Shown: positions 17,105 through 30,600 of the stretch, one piece after another
How the letters are laid out: every line of letters starts with the position of its first letter
How positions within the stretch are numbered: the stretch's first letter is position 1
Assembly: GCA_000165345.1 (NCBI GenBank)
Contig: CM000436.1
Location: 672,001-736,000, forward strand
Length of the DNA stretch: 64,000 nucleotides
Direction: 5' to 3'
Notes under the pieces: model-generated
Seen by the model: the letters and a program-made list of their open reading frames with translations, nothing else
Databases searched by the model: none
Told to the model about the DNA's origin: nothing
Position numbers and translations under genes: made by a program

Positions 17105-19741
17105 CTAATAGAAATCAATTAAATCGTGTTGATTAATTGAATTTGAAGCTAACCTCGAAAAAATGTGGCAATAACTCTGAACAGGGAATAAGCTAGCCAG
17201 AAATACATCTAACTTAGAAACCAAGTTCAGTTGGTTGCCGCATAAATTGAATAGTAGATTTCTTTGTTGAAATTTACTAGCAATAAAAATCTCCAGCAAT
17301 AGTGAAAGAGTCAAAAGATTTTCCCAGGTAAAATTGTTTTTGTTTAATATATCTTCTAAAATTTCTTGATCAAAAACGGATAGTTCATTAATGTTCTCAA
17401 TTGCAAGTTTAATAAGACCAGAAGTGGGGAAATGAACACTTTCTCGCTCACCTTGAAAGTTGTCTGACTCTATGAAAGATTTAAAAGAGCAAACCAACCC
17501 AAAAACGTTCTTCCATTCTATTAAAGAGTAAATAAGACGCCTAAAACCTGTTAAACTCTCATCTGCTTCTATATTTGGGTTTCCACTATCTAATACAAAC
17601 TCCATAATGTTTAGTGCAGATTTCATTGGCCTAATGTTACTGGAAACAAAGGCTGAAAGTAACTTTACGTCATTGCCAAGAAATGACAATCCAAGCAGAA
17701 TTTCTAAGTGTTCATTATTCTCTTTAAATCTAAAAATCTTATGGTATGAATCTGACTTGCTTTTCATAATTGCTTTTCTAAGAATAGAAATAACCTCTAC
17801 TGATTGGTTAATAGACCATGAATATAATACATTTGAAAAGTTAGTTAAGTTGTTTTTAGCAAATTCAAATAATCGTTTTTCAATTCCATTTTTGGTATAG
17901 ATATCAATAATGTTGAAAAACAAATTTATATCATTTCTATCCAGATTCTGAAAGTCCTGAATAGTTTTAATCGAATTCAATGCAATCCAAAGAGAAGTAG
18001 GTTTTGTAGATTTTGACTCAGGAGGCAATAAAGTGAGCCTCTTTAGTACATGAAGGTGCATTTGAGGAGTTTTCAAAATTGAATGTAAATTATTACTAAG
18101 GTAATTAAACACTCCCTCATACCAACAAGTGTAATTTACTTTAACGATATTCTGGTTTCCATTAGAGTCGCAAGCAAATGTTTTAATTGTGAAAGACATA
18201 CAGCTGTACCAATCATCTGGTAAATTTGTTATATTTTCGTTAGGTTTAATCCCAAGTACAGGAGGAAAAAAAAAGGGGAGACCAAAAAAGATGAATTGGT
18301 CCATATTCCTTAAAATGAAGTTATCTGAAGCCAAATTGCTTTCTTTTTTATATTTCAATACGGTTTTAGAACAACTTTTCTCACTCAAAAATATTGAGTC
18401 TATAATATTTTTGATCAGCTGTTCTTCTTTCTCAATATCTCTTACTTTAAGTGAATCTGAAAATATTCTACTATGTATCTTCAGAATTTCATTAGTTCTT
18501 TGACTTGAAGAGCTGAACTCAGATTCGTCAATATATATTAATGGAGCATCTCCATAAAGTAAGGATGCTAAATCTCTATAATTTGTCTTGTTAGAAAACT
18601 TTTTACCGTAGCTATCATCGCTTAAATGACTACTATAGTTTAAAAAAGACTTTTGAAAACCGTTGAAAAAATTATTAAAAACATTGACATAAATCTGATT
18701 GTTTGATTCCCAAATAACCCCTAACTGTCCATTTTCAAATACTTTGCATGATAGAATATGACAGAGTTTACCAGCATTCCCAATTGTTGATAATTTATCA
18801 AAGTGATATTCGCAAGCTCTTGAATCAATCTTAACTTTTAGCAAAGATAAATTTTTCAAACCAAAATGCTTTTCATCATCCTGTATTATATATATCAACT
18901 CGAATTGATCGCCATTAATTAATGTTTCATAAGATACTAAGTTATTTATCGATAAATTAAGGGATTTATTGCTTCTTTCTTCATCAATATCTAATATATA
19001 TACCTGTTTTAATTGAAAATCAGAAATTCGTTCTTTGTCTCCTTGTGGAAATTCTAGTTTAAAAATTTCATTGAAGCATGAAAAATAGAATCTTCCTAGT
19101 GATGTAACACAGCATTCTCCTAGCTCCCCATCAAAATCAGGTGTTACTTGTTTGTAATACCTCAATTTAAAGTCTGTTTCATTGATATTAAGGTTTTCCA
19201 TTGAATTTTGAGATTCATTTATCTGGCAAATAGCCTCAAAAGAACTATATTGAAAGTTTGAGATCAAGAATATATCTGAATCAGTCATTACTATCACAAT
19301 CAATATGCTGTTGTTCACTTTAAAAGCAGATACTTTTTTAATCAATCTTCCCACAAGAACCATGCAATTAAACAGAAAGCTTTTCCCATCGCAAAGAGAA
19401 TAAATCTCAACCCCACCATCTTTGTCTTCTATGAAAATTAGATCTCCATAATTTATTTCTTCGTTGAAACTTTTATCTTGATTAATATTTCGGTTACGTA
19501 CAAGATTTATATTTCTTACAGACTTAATACCATTTTTAAATGTTTTAATATGCGAATGGCCGCTAAGTGAGTCGTATATTTCCAAATAATGTTCGCTTGA
19601 CAATTCTTTATATTCTTTCAATGTGATGATGTACGCTCCAGATTGAGAATATCTAGAGTACGGTCTTACTAATGAACTGTCTGAAAATGAACCGCTTCCA
19701 AGCGAAGAACCACTGAATTTAGTTTCCTCAAGTCTTAACAT
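17105..19741 (-). CDS. Hypothetical 878-aa protein. The N-terminal half is probably beta-rich and the C-terminal half helical. The family is not recognised.
   Basis: Uninterrupted 2.6-kb ORF with an ATG start. It has a Ser/Gly-rich N-terminus and no diagnostic motifs. Confidence 0.55.
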   Translation of the reverse strand: MLRLEETKFSGSSLGSGSFSDSSLVRPYSRYSQSGAYIITLKEYKELSSEHYLEIYDSLSGHSHIKTFKNGIKSVRNINLVRNRNINQDKSFNEEINYGDLIFIEDKDGGVEIYSLCDGKSFLFNCMVLVGRLIKKVSAFKVNNSILIVIVMTDSDIFLISNFQYSSFEAICQINESQNSMENLNINETDFKLRYYKQVTPDFDGELGECCVTSLGRFYFSCFNEIFKLEFPQGDKERISDFQLKQVYILDIDEERSNKSLNLSINNLVSYETLINGDQFELIYIIQDDEKHFGLKNLSLLKVKIDSRACEYHFDKLSTIGNAGKLCHILSCKVFENGQLGVIWESNNQIYVNVFNNFFNGFQKSFLNYSSHLSDDSYGKKFSNKTNYRDLASLLYGDAPLIYIDESEFSSSSQRTNEILKIHSRIFSDSLKVRDIEKEEQLIKNIIDSIFLSEKSCSKTVLKYKKESNLASDNFILRNMDQFIFFGLPFFFPPVLGIKPNENITNLPDDWYSCMSFTIKTFACDSNGNQNIVKVNYTCWYEGVFNYLSNNLHSILKTPQMHLHVLKRLTLLPPESKSTKPTSLWIALNSIKTIQDFQNLDRNDINLFFNIIDIYTKNGIEKRLFEFAKNNLTNFSNVLYSWSINQSVEVISILRKAIMKSKSDSYHKIFRFKENNEHLEILLGLSFLGNDVKLLSAFVSSNIRPMKSALNIMEFVLDSGNPNIEADESLTGFRRLIYSLIEWKNVFGLVCSFKSFIESDNFQGERESVHFPTSGLIKLAIENINELSVFDQEILEDILNKNNFTWENLLTLSLLLEIFIASKFQQRNLLFNLCGNQLNLVSKLDVFLASLFPVQSYCHIFSRLASNSINQHDLIDFY

Positions 19742-19977
19742 ATTGTTTTCATCCAGAAAAAGCCGTTAAAACAACAAGGAAGAATAATGACTAAGTATTT
19801 AATTCATCTAAAGCAAAATATTTTTTGAAAATAATTTATACCGGTAAAAATCAGCATACGTATATTACATGAAATATTGGGGAGCTGACAAAATTGTTAA
19901 ATTAATTGAAAAGAAAATCAAAAATAAAGTGTAAAATATTGGTAACAGCTTGATAAAAAGATTTATGTTTTTATTTA

Positions 19978-20706
19978 ATGCAATCTATAACGCATAGATT
20001 AGCAGACCAATTCAGAAGTGTGGTGGGAAACTTTATCCCAATTGACTGTTCCAACTCCAAATTTGAATCTGATGGATTTCTAACTCCTAAAGAATTTGTT
20101 GATTCTGGGGACTATTTGATTCTTCAATTCCCGAACTGGTTTTGGAGAAGCGCTTCTGAAGAATATATTGTGAGGTGGCTTCCTCAAAATAAGCAATATC
20201 TGCATATAGATAACGTACCATGTAGAAAGAGACTTGACTCTTCTAAACTTTGTATTTCAAAAAACTGTCTCGATATTACATCAGATAGTAAAGGAGATGA
20301 ATGGATTTTACCCACAAACGAAAATGTAGAAAAGCTCGGTAACATCAATATAAATGATGATGTCAGATATTATGACATTAGTGTTACATATGACAAATTC
20401 TTTCAAACCCCAAGAATATGGCTTTTTGGATACAATAAGGAGGGATATCCTTTAAGTACTGAGGAAATGGTTGAAGATATCATTAGCGATTACGCAACTA
20501 AAACAATCACACTAGATCCCCATCCATTTACGGGAATATTATGTGTGTCTATTCACCCTTGTAACCACTCAAGCTTGCTTAAAAAAATGGCCAAGAACCA
20601 TCCGCCGCACCTTTCAATAGTTATATTACTGAAATTCATTACTACTGTTATTCCATCAATTGAGTTAGACAATACAATAGATATCGATATTAAGTTTGAT
20701 ACATAG
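19978..20706 (+). CDS. ATG3: Autophagy E2-like enzyme ATG3, in a short 242-aa form that lacks the long flexible acidic insert.
   Basis: [22 protein letters not shown] matches Atg3 [74 protein letters not shown] matches [52 protein letters not shown]. The catalytic HPC motif is present as HPCNH. The C-terminal [14 protein letters not shown] matches LKFVQAVIPTIEYD. Confidence 0.85.
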   Translation: [242 protein letters not shown]

Positions 20707-20733
20707 TTTATTCTTTAAACTTCAATTATTTCT

Positions 20734-21348
20734 CTAGTCTAATAAATTCTGTATACCTTCTTGAACTTCAGACTTAACTGCAGAATCACACTGAATCTGA
20801 TCAAGAACTTCTTGGTCTCTTTTTAAAAACTTCTTAACTACCAGAAAGTTGCATCCTGCAATCGGACAGATTTTTTTTTTGCTACTACCCAAATACTTAA
20901 GAAGGGCGTCCTTCTCGTAAATATGATTTTTGCACATATTCTCAACCTTTTCTGATGTGTCATATCTGTGTGATACAGGGTCCTTGAAAACATCTCTAGT
21001 CAAGCAACATACTTTAGGAAGAACTTTTCTTGATACTACAGAAACCTGGTCTTTTTCTTTATTTCTTCGTGTATTGCATGTTAACTCTAATCGTGCCATC
21101 AACATTTCTTTGAAATATTCAAACTCCGCACTCGGGGAATTAAAATTCTCAAATTGCTGATCATTTTCTCCATATAAAACACTTTTGATCCACAACTTCA
21201 TTCTTTCAAAGCTTACAAACAACTCATATAATTTTTTTCTTTCATCTTGACTCAAGTTTTCACCCAGCTTATATTTCTCTGATAATGAATCGTATTTTAT
21301 TGAAAGCCCATTCAAGCTATTCAAATAATTCCTAAGAATATCGTCCAT
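20734..21348 (-). CDS. NSE2: NSE2/MMS21-like SP-RING SUMO E3 ligase, a component of the SMC5/6 complex. It is 204 aa.
   Basis: The C-terminal CCLTRDVFKDPV...CKNHIYEKDALLKYLGSSKKKICPIAGC matches the NSE2 [53 protein letters not shown]. The match includes the KKK..CP..GC end and the C.H.YE.DA core. The size is typical. Confidence 0.55.
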   Translation of the reverse strand: MDDILRNYLNSLNGLSIKYDSLSEKYKLGENLSQDERKKLYELFVSFERMKLWIKSVLYGENDQQFENFNSPSAEFEYFKEMLMARLELTCNTRRNKEKDQVSVVSRKVLPKVCCLTRDVFKDPVSHRYDTSEKVENMCKNHIYEKDALLKYLGSSKKKICPIAGCNFLVVKKFLKRDQEVLDQIQCDSAVKSEVQEGIQNLLD

Positions 21349-21473
21349 ATTTTTCTTAAAATTTCATTTTAGTAATATTCCTATTCTTAATTTCATGTTC
21401 CCACACAAAATATTTTTTTAGTAAAACTTCCAAATTACCGGCATTAACACGTTTCAATACGTCTCATATACCG

Positions 21474-21493
21474 GTATGCATGTCACATGCAAG
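21474..21493. promoter_or_regulatory. Pair of GCATG-core motifs (TGCATG and CATGCA) in the NSE2 upstream region. The core resembles apicomplexan AP2-type motifs, a match I recall from memory rather than a checked reference.
   Basis: Direct reading: ccggtaTGCATGtcaCATGCAag. It lies about 130-145 bp upstream of the 21348 start. Confidence 0.25.
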
Positions 21494-21622
21494 AGTACTA
21501 AACAACTAAAAAAAATATATTTATTACTAAACTTTTTAAACATAAACTTAAATTAATAACTAAAAAATATGATTATATTCTAATAACTCCAAATAAATCA
21601 GGCCAACGCTTATCGATACTTT

Positions 21623-24600
21623 TTATGGTTTAAAAGAAATATAGACTAAATTGGCAAGAGCCTTTGCAAAACGGTGCCTGCTTGGAGACTGAGATTGAGC
21701 CACAAAAGTTGATATTTGCTTGCATATGGCAGCAACTAATGACTCTAATGAAAGCAACTTATCAATTGTTGCCATTAACTCCTCATTATCCAAACAGTTT
21801 GAAAGTTGTTCTCCGCTCAAGTGCTCTTCTAAATGAAAATCCGAATCTAGGTTAGAGTTTGTGCCTGAAATGGCGTCAACCTTAGAAATTTCTTTACATG
21901 CCATAAGCATGAACACTTCAGACGTGTATAAATGTTGAAATAGTTCAGTAGAAATGTATTTAATAAAAGTAGAAGCTAAGATGGCAGAAATTCCTTCTAT
22001 CTCTGCATTAATTTCTTCATTATCCTCTTTGTACTTTTCTAAGCTTTTAAATATGCTAGGATACTTTATATATTCAGAAATTAGCTCCATTTTTTTAATG
22101 TTTATTTGTTGTTCCAAACTTTCAGGCAGTCTATCGTCCTTTGGGATGAAGCTCAAAGAAACCGGCGAATTTAAGTCTTTATTTGTATTTTTAGAAGCGT
22201 CTTCCAAAAAGAACTCATTAGAAGAGTTCATATCCATTCTTTCATGACCAGAAGTATCTACTTTTCTAGATTCGAGCTCTTCAATTGTATTCAAAGAATT
22301 TGAACTCGATAAGTTATGCCCTAGCTTTTTTTTGTTAGAACAATTCTTGATATCCGTTGTTTCTTTGGATAACTCTGGCTCTATAGCTAAATCTGTGGCT
22401 TTTGCAACTTTTCTGGGTCCATCAAAGTCATCTTTTATAGCTCCTAATGCCTTATTATTGTTCCATAGAGTATTAAACCTAGATAAAGCTGTCTTTGCGA
22501 AAGTTGGAATTGAAATCATCCCAGAATTTGGAGAGTAGTTGCTAAATGAAAAGTGGTTACTTTGCGAATCAGAATACGGAGAAGAGTTTAAATCTGAAGT
22601 TTCAATATCTTTGTTTAGGAAGCTCTTTTGTCCCAAGACTCCAATCCCAACATTTGAGTCAAAGTAATCATTTACCATCTCGCCAAAAATGTTCCTATTA
22701 AACAGTAAATGCTGAGTCTCTGCCTCCTTTCTTATTCTATCCAGCTCCTTTGGAATTGTTGAAAAAGCTGTTTCTGTTATTTCCCAAACTTCCTTTGGGA
22801 AATAATAACGGCATTTATTCAAATACATATGGCAATCATCTATTTTTCTTCCTAGTTCCTTTAGAGTTAACTTGCTTAGTTTTGTTCCAAATCCTGTGAA
22901 ATCTTTCTCGCTCCTATCATGGCGATCCGAAACAGAAACAATCATATTTTTCCCACTTCCCCTTCTGAAATTTTGGTCAGACCTTTGGTATTCTGGCTTC
23001 AATTTCAAGGATCCATCCCTCAAAATCTCTGAATAAATAATGAAAGGAACTATGCAGTTTAGAAATTGCTGATAACTATTTGTTTCTACTGGATTAAGAA
23101 TAGGCAACAAGTAGTCATTTAATACTTCGCATTCACCTGAATACTTAATCTGGATAAACTTGTTTGAAGGATTGGCTTCACTACTTAAATTCGAATCAGT
23201 GATTCCGTTATGGAATATGTCCATTATTGTGCTAACTCCATCTTTAATTATTGTTTTGGAGATCTTACTATATTTACTTGGTAAAATATATTGATACATA
23301 TCATCGCCAAATAACTCATAAGATAAAGCAATGCTATCAACATTAATTACCTGAATATTATCTGCATTCGGCCTTTCGTCAGTCTGTAACCTACTATCAA
23401 TTCTTCTCAATGAGTCACTACTAGATAACTTTTCTGTATTTATTCCAGAAAGGCTTTTCGAGATCCTGACCTTGTTCATTGATGTGGGGCTCAAATTCGT
23501 GGAGATTGGCGAGCCTATTGAATTTTGATACCCCATTAAAGACAATGAGGAAGAGTTCTGAACAATCAGATCATCAAGAATCATCTTCCTATGGATTTCG
23601 TTAACGACTTTTGACCACTCATGTTCATCCAAAATTATTGACAAAATGAGTTGCACTGACCTCCAAACTGACCTACTCAGCTCTAGAGTAGGACCTTCTA
23701 GCCTAACTAAGAGAGGAATCAAAAGCTTTTTTATGCTAGATCTTAATTGTTCAATTTCTCCCAGAGATGGTTTCATCTTCTCCCAATTCTGCTTTATTAA
23801 AATCAAAATATCTAGCAAAAGGTACATTTTTTGGCTAGTTATATTCATATCCATGTCACTATTTGTGATGAAATCAACAAATATTTCCGGAATTTTATTC
23901 TTACATGTCAGAGCTTTAGAGAGTTCTTCAGATTCAAATACAGCAGTTTGGAAGCTTTCAACTTGTACCTGGCCATCATAAGATTCTCCTTGAGATAAAA
24001 ATAGTAGTTCAATGAATTCTATGTAAAAAGAATCCCCTTCTTCTGTACCAGTTGGAACTCTTTCTTCTTGAACATACTTAAGATATATTGTAGGATGATC
24101 TGGAATAAATTGAAGAGAAAATCCTATACTTATTTTTGAAATTAAGCAAACCAAGTATCTAAGACAAACAAGGCACTCCTTCAAATAATCTGCAAATACT
24201 AATCTATTTCTTGTAGTAATTGGAGTTTCTGTTAAATCAAATTTATCCAAACTCGATTTTCTTCTTCCAAACTCTTCCGGATCAATTTCATTTGAGCTTT
24301 CCCCCCCGCTTAAATCTGTAAATGAATTTGACATAGAATCATTTTCATCAGTATCCTTATTAATTGATTCATCAGAATTTTCTTTTTCATGTTCGCTGAC
24401 TCCTAGTTTAATTCTGTTTCTAAAATCTGCATTATCTTCATCATCAGTTCCATTTCTAGATTTATATTCCTCAAAGGTATCAAAATCTCTAGAGCCATTA
24501 AATTCTTCTCGACTTTCGTTAAGTTCTTGGTAATTTTTTTCTTTCAATCTAAAACCTCTCAGATTTAGATTTCCCCTAGCAGTTTTATTTGTTTCTCTTC

Positions 24601-27600
24601 TAAACAGTGAACTTCCTATCACGTTTGTAAAGCAAATATTTACAAACTTGAGTAGAAAGTCTTTGCTCGGGTATCTTCTTGATTCTAAGCAATACCAAAA
24701 GTACCATTGGAAAAATATAAACCCACTCTTTTTTGAATATGGGTTATTTGAAGTCTTGATAATATTCAAAATGCAATCTAAGAAATCCAAATTATAAATA
24801 TTGTCTGGATTATTCTCGTCAGAAGAGACATGGATTTCCGAGTTCGACTCTTCAGTAGCTTTCTCATAAGGCTTTGTGTATTTCATGAAATCCTTATAGT
24901 AAATGCCTAAAGGAGTTGGGGCAAGTAGAATTAATGCACTCATACTGTAAATTGAATTCACTCTTTTTAAGAAAGGCTTAATAAAAGAGATCATGGATGT
25001 TGTGATGTCTGGGTTATGAATGAATAAATAGCACAAAAGCTTTCCAATAGCATAATCAAATTCGTTTGGCTTTATTAATGATAACTTAAGTTGGTTCGCG
25101 TCAAAGAATGTTAGAATTGCGTCCGAATCATTTAAAGCAAGGAACAATGATCTCAAAGCGTTGCTGCTTTCTAAAGCTCCCATATTGATGTATCCCAATG
25201 TTGAACAGCATCTTAAAAGAATGGTTGAAATAAGCTCTGGAAAATGTCGCTTTGCAAGAATTTTAATTGCTGAATCATTTGTCTGAAGAAGGATATCCAA
25301 AGCAAGAGTACTAGACCGAACATTAATATGTTCACTAGATAATATTGAAAATATTGAAAATGGAAAGAGTAAAGACTTATTTGCCAAAGAGAAGGAACCT
25401 GCTGAAGCAACGCCGCCAGCACTAGCAGCAATCCCCATAGAGAAAGTGCCACTAACTACTATTCCAGTTCCAATAAGATTTGTAACAGAATTATGCGTAG
25501 GAGACATTGCAGTGTTTAAAGGTGCTTGAGTACTAGAGTTAGTGCTTGAAATATTAATATTTGAAGACGAAAGTATTTTAATGCACAATTTCTCATTCAT
25601 CTCAATTATATCCAAGTACTTCTGCTCAGTGTTATTTAGCACGTCCGTAAGGTATCGGAAAGACTCCAACAAAAGGGATTTGTCCTTACCAATATAAGAG
25701 ATGGCTTTTGAGTAGATAGGATCTACTATGCAAATTACATTTATCATATTTTTTAGGCCTCTTACCATCGCTGAGTTTGCTGAGCCTTCTAAAGTATTCG
25801 TATTCGATTTTCCATTTTCCAATGGAATTTCCACTGTTGTCCATTCGCTGCTCAGACCTCCACTGTTATTTGTCAAAGCATCTCCAATGAAATCTCCGCT
25901 CAAAGAGTCATTAGCAACAATATGATTGATATACTTTTGAGGCTGGATACATTTCCTAAATATCTCTGATATAGCTGCCTGGAATTTGAAAGAAACAACA
26001 TTTCTTATGAGCAAATAGACAAAGTGCTGAAGTTCAGAATCTTTAATTGATGATATTTCTTCAAATAAAGATGAGACAATTTTGCAAGCAAATGATTCGC
26101 TTTCTAATATATTCTTGTTTATGGAAAAAAGAACTCTAACAGTCTCCACGCTGGAACGAGCAGTTATCTTATCTGCATCGTGGAATGATGGAAGGATATG
26201 TTGGCACAATGGTCTTAAACAGTACGCTGGAATGCAGCTCGCCAAATTATACAATAAGTCCAGATAAGTGGGCGGAAGAATCAGAGATTGGATATCTGAA
26301 AGTATTTTTTGTTGGTCCCCCGTTGGCTCGCCATTTATTCTTTTTTGATCGTTTTCAGATTCAACTTCCAAGTTATTAGAAAATGAAGCCCAAGACATTC
26401 TGTTATTTGAATACTTAAGGCTATCATCCGCTCCAAAATCAATCACCATTATTTGTGACAAATCAATTTTCTGAGTCCATATACATCTCTTCATACATTC
26501 TTTAATACATTCAAAGGCTATTAAGCGTACATATAGACAGGAATCACATGTTCTACCCAAAACTAGAGCTATACAATGCATCCAAGAAACCCATGTTCCT
26601 TTTGGTGGAACTCCTTCAGAGTTTTTATTATTAAACAAGACAGAATCATTTTCAGGCTTTTGGATGATTTGGGATTGCTGGAATATTTCAACAAGAGGGG
26701 CCTCACACAGCAAGCAATACACAACATGGATGCAAATGCACCTTAATACTGAAGAAGTTGATGTAGCTGCAAGTCCAAGTAGACCCTCAAGAAGATGAGT
26801 TAGTCCTGCCCAAGAAGGCATGTGCGACTTATATATGCTCAGATATAGCCTATCAAGAGATTCAAGTATTTTGAATACTGAAACCTCAGAGCTACTAGAT
26901 GGGACAGAAGAGTCTTCAATAATATTCATCATCTCTTCCAACCTGTATCCTCCATCAATAATATTCAATGAAGGAGTTGGAAGATTGAATGTATCAATAT
27001 TCCTTTTGTAAAATATCGAGAAATCCTCTCTTGTTAAACATCTGAACTGAATCCTAGAAGATACAGTTACCAAAATAGTCAGACAAGAGCTAAGAACCAA
27101 AGGGATATGTTGCGGTAAAAGCGGAGAAGGGAATGATATTAGTGATATAGAAGCATCCAATGCATCTAGCAGAAGCTTATTAAAGACAACCGAATTTGCC
27201 TGGCTGTTTGTATTTCCAGTAGCGGAATTATTGTTACTATTTGATAAATTACCTGAACTAGAGATTAGACCACCACTAGTTCCAGTTGTTGTATTATTTC
27301 CTGTTGTATTTCCGCTTGTTGTATTGACATTTGAATTGTTTCCGGAATTCATTGTGTTAGCAGGGCCTATATTAGCACTCCCAGTAGCTGTGTTGTTTGA
27401 TGTATTAAGGTTAATATTACTCAAGTTCTTGGTTTGACCAGAAGTTCCAAGACTATTGGGGAAAGTATTGGATATTCCAGAAGGCTGTTGAGTTGAAGAT
27501 GATATATTCGAATTAATCTTTGAATCGACAGAAGTAAGTCCGCTTATTTCAGTGGAGCCACTACCCGAAAAAGAGTTAGTTTGTTTAAATGTGTCAGAAA

Positions 27601-30600
27601 GCCTCTTATTTCCATCATGAGAACTTTTTGACAGAGAATTACCATTCTGAATTCCGTTGTAATGGTATCTGGCCAATCCTATTTTAGCTCCGCCTGGTGA
27701 GATTTCAATAGAAGAACAGCTATCTCCAAAAGAACCATTCCTGCTGTTAATCCCCAAGCTATTCTTATTTTTCATATAGCTAAGGTTTGAAATCACATTC
27801 TTTAAGGCAGGGTTTGCAGAGATAGTGCTGCTGCCTAGATTGGGAGACATATCTAAAGATGAGCAGAAAACATCTGAAAAATTAACATTTCCAGAATCTG
27901 AAATCATATGTGGGTTTTCACTTAGAACCGATAAGACAGAAAGAGTCAAATTAAAAGGACCAAACTTTGCATCTTCGCTTTCCGAATATTGATTAGAGCC
28001 ACGTCCTAGCTTTTCTGAAGATGGAATTTCCCCACAAGGAGTATCAAAATCATTTATTGTGTTAATAGTTCCCAAATCTTCATGTGAATACTCCAGACTT
28101 TCAAAACTACCTATGGAAATATCTCTATACTTCACCATGCTTCTAATGTAGGAACCAGAGGGATCTGTGTGAATCCTTTGAGAAGAAATTGAACTAGATG
28201 TGCTGTATGGCATTCCAGATGCAGCCTTGAGCAATAACATAGAGTTTAGGGGAGCAGGTGGGAGTTCGATACTAGCTGAAAATACAATAATGGTGAGCAA
28301 ATATGGGAATATACGATCTCTAAAAGAGCTGAATAGTTCCAAGGAAATGTCTCCACAGTCAAGCCCATAAATACCCTTTTTGAGTTTGGTATTTCCTTCT
28401 CCAGAATGGAATCTACTGAGAACTGAATTAATTCTAGATGACAAAGTAAGCTCTTGATTACTCTCAGAAGAGGACAATGCCTGAAAAGCTACTTGGATTG
28501 CCTTCAATGCGGAGCATTGTAATTGTAATTCTTTCTCCTCCTTTACAGCAGTTTCTAGTACTTGAAGTATTTTTCTTACAGTTTCTGTGGCAGAATTGAA
28601 TAATAGAATTGGTACTTCTCCTATCGAATGACCAAGTGAAAGGATTAGTGTAGATCTGAGTTGTTCTGCTTGTACAACCGCTAATGATTTTCCGAAAAAG
28701 CTAAAAGCCCCAGAGCGCTTGTTCGCTGCATCTGACCTAATTAAATCCAATAGATACTCAGATATATGAACGAAATGGTTCTGGTGACTACTTGCATACC
28801 CAATACCCCTGCCACAGCTTCTTTGCAATATAGTTGAGTTGATTCCAATGGCATGGAAGAAATGTTGAAGATCAGAAAATCGCTTAGAAAGATCTTTGAA
28901 TATTTGAATCTCATTTGAACTTAATAAATCTTTGCTTAGTTCACCGCCGCTTCTACCCTGTGATCCAGCCAAACTCCCTCCAGATGCAGCTGCAACATTA
29001 GTCACGTTAGATTCATTTGAATTAATAATATCAGGAGTTAGTAGTCCATCAAGAATATTTGAAATAAGAGTTTCTCTCAAAAAGTTTAAATTTGTTTCCT
29101 CCGGCTTTTCAGAATCTGAAGATTCATGTGAGCTAATTTCTCTTAATAAAAGCCCTAATAGAGAATACATTCCTGCTCTCTGAAGCTCTGTAGGAGTTTC
29201 AGAACTTTTTTGTAATTTATCAGACCTAATGTCTTTGCAGGCAGAAAACAAAGCTAATAACAGATTGGTCAATGTATCGTTAACAATATCAGAGCTTTTA
29301 ATTCCGGCTTTATGTTCCTTCTCAGCTTCTCCAGTAGATGAATCTGTCTTTTTTGTTAGCAAGTCTTGCCTTTCAACTTGATTTAATGGACTGGATGAAA
29401 CTCCACCACCAGAAATCCCTGAAAATATATAGGAAATGCACTCATCAACAAGTGGAAACCAACAGTCAATATCAATTTTTGACGAGAGGTTAGATATTTC
29501 ACTTGCTTCATGTAATGAATTTGAGAATGTTTGAGCAGAAACGCAATTTTGAGAATCTTTAACTTTTGCGGGAGATATTATTGTGTCAGCTATCTCTATA
29601 AGTGATTGAAGTCGTTGGGAAGGAATACAAGCCCAAATACAGCTTGGAGTGGAAACTACCATTGGAGATATCCATTGAAGGCATTGGAGTGACCAATATG
29701 CGAGTACACCATTATAAATATGAGGATCATGTGCATACATGCAAAGCCAAATAAAAATTTTGAATGGGTCGCTAACTGTTAAATATTTCGTACTTTGAAA
29801 CTTAAATGCTCTGATAAACACCTCCGGTGTTGTCTTTCGATACAGGTTCTGGCAGGATTTAGACAGTGATTCGCAAACGGTAGGCATAGCAGATCCAAGC
29901 TTCAAGTGATTAACAGCGTCAATTAATAATGGCCACAGCAAATCTGGAACTAATGCTGTTAACTCTTCAGATAAAATTAACTGCGCATTACACCTGAGAT
30001 CCCAAAGGCTCGGAGGATAAATCACAGGTATTTTAGTTCCCTCGCACCCCTGAATTGTCTTAAGGTAATCTGCCTTTTGTCTTTGTAAATGTCTTAAGTG
30101 TTCATTCTTAGCTTTTTGTTCAGGAACTGCAAGCAATCTTAGAAAATATGTTAACATTTCTGCTGAAGAAGGGGATGGTGAAATCCAAATATCTTTATTT
30201 CCGCCTTTATTTGTTAAATGAATACCTTCTTGCTCTTCTGATTCATTCGCTCCTTGCTCAGTCTTTGAACTTCCTTTTCCTAAATCTTCAACAATAGAAC
30301 ATTCTGAAGTTGCGCCAATATGCAAAAATCCGTGTTGGGATAGCTCGCAAATTATTCTGCATAATATAAATGCTATCGAATAGTCCAATCCCTGTTCAAG
30401 AGTGGTTCTGGCGAGTCGAAACATAAGGCATCCAAAAGGCGAATTAGAGTTTTCTGCAACTGTAATCTCAGATTCACCGATTCTAGAAACTTTTTCAAAT
30501 GGAATATCTTCAATAACATTACTTAATATGAACATTGTCGAGAGACGATTAGCTGACTTTATATCAATATTTTCAAATAAAAACCTAATTACTGTTTCTC

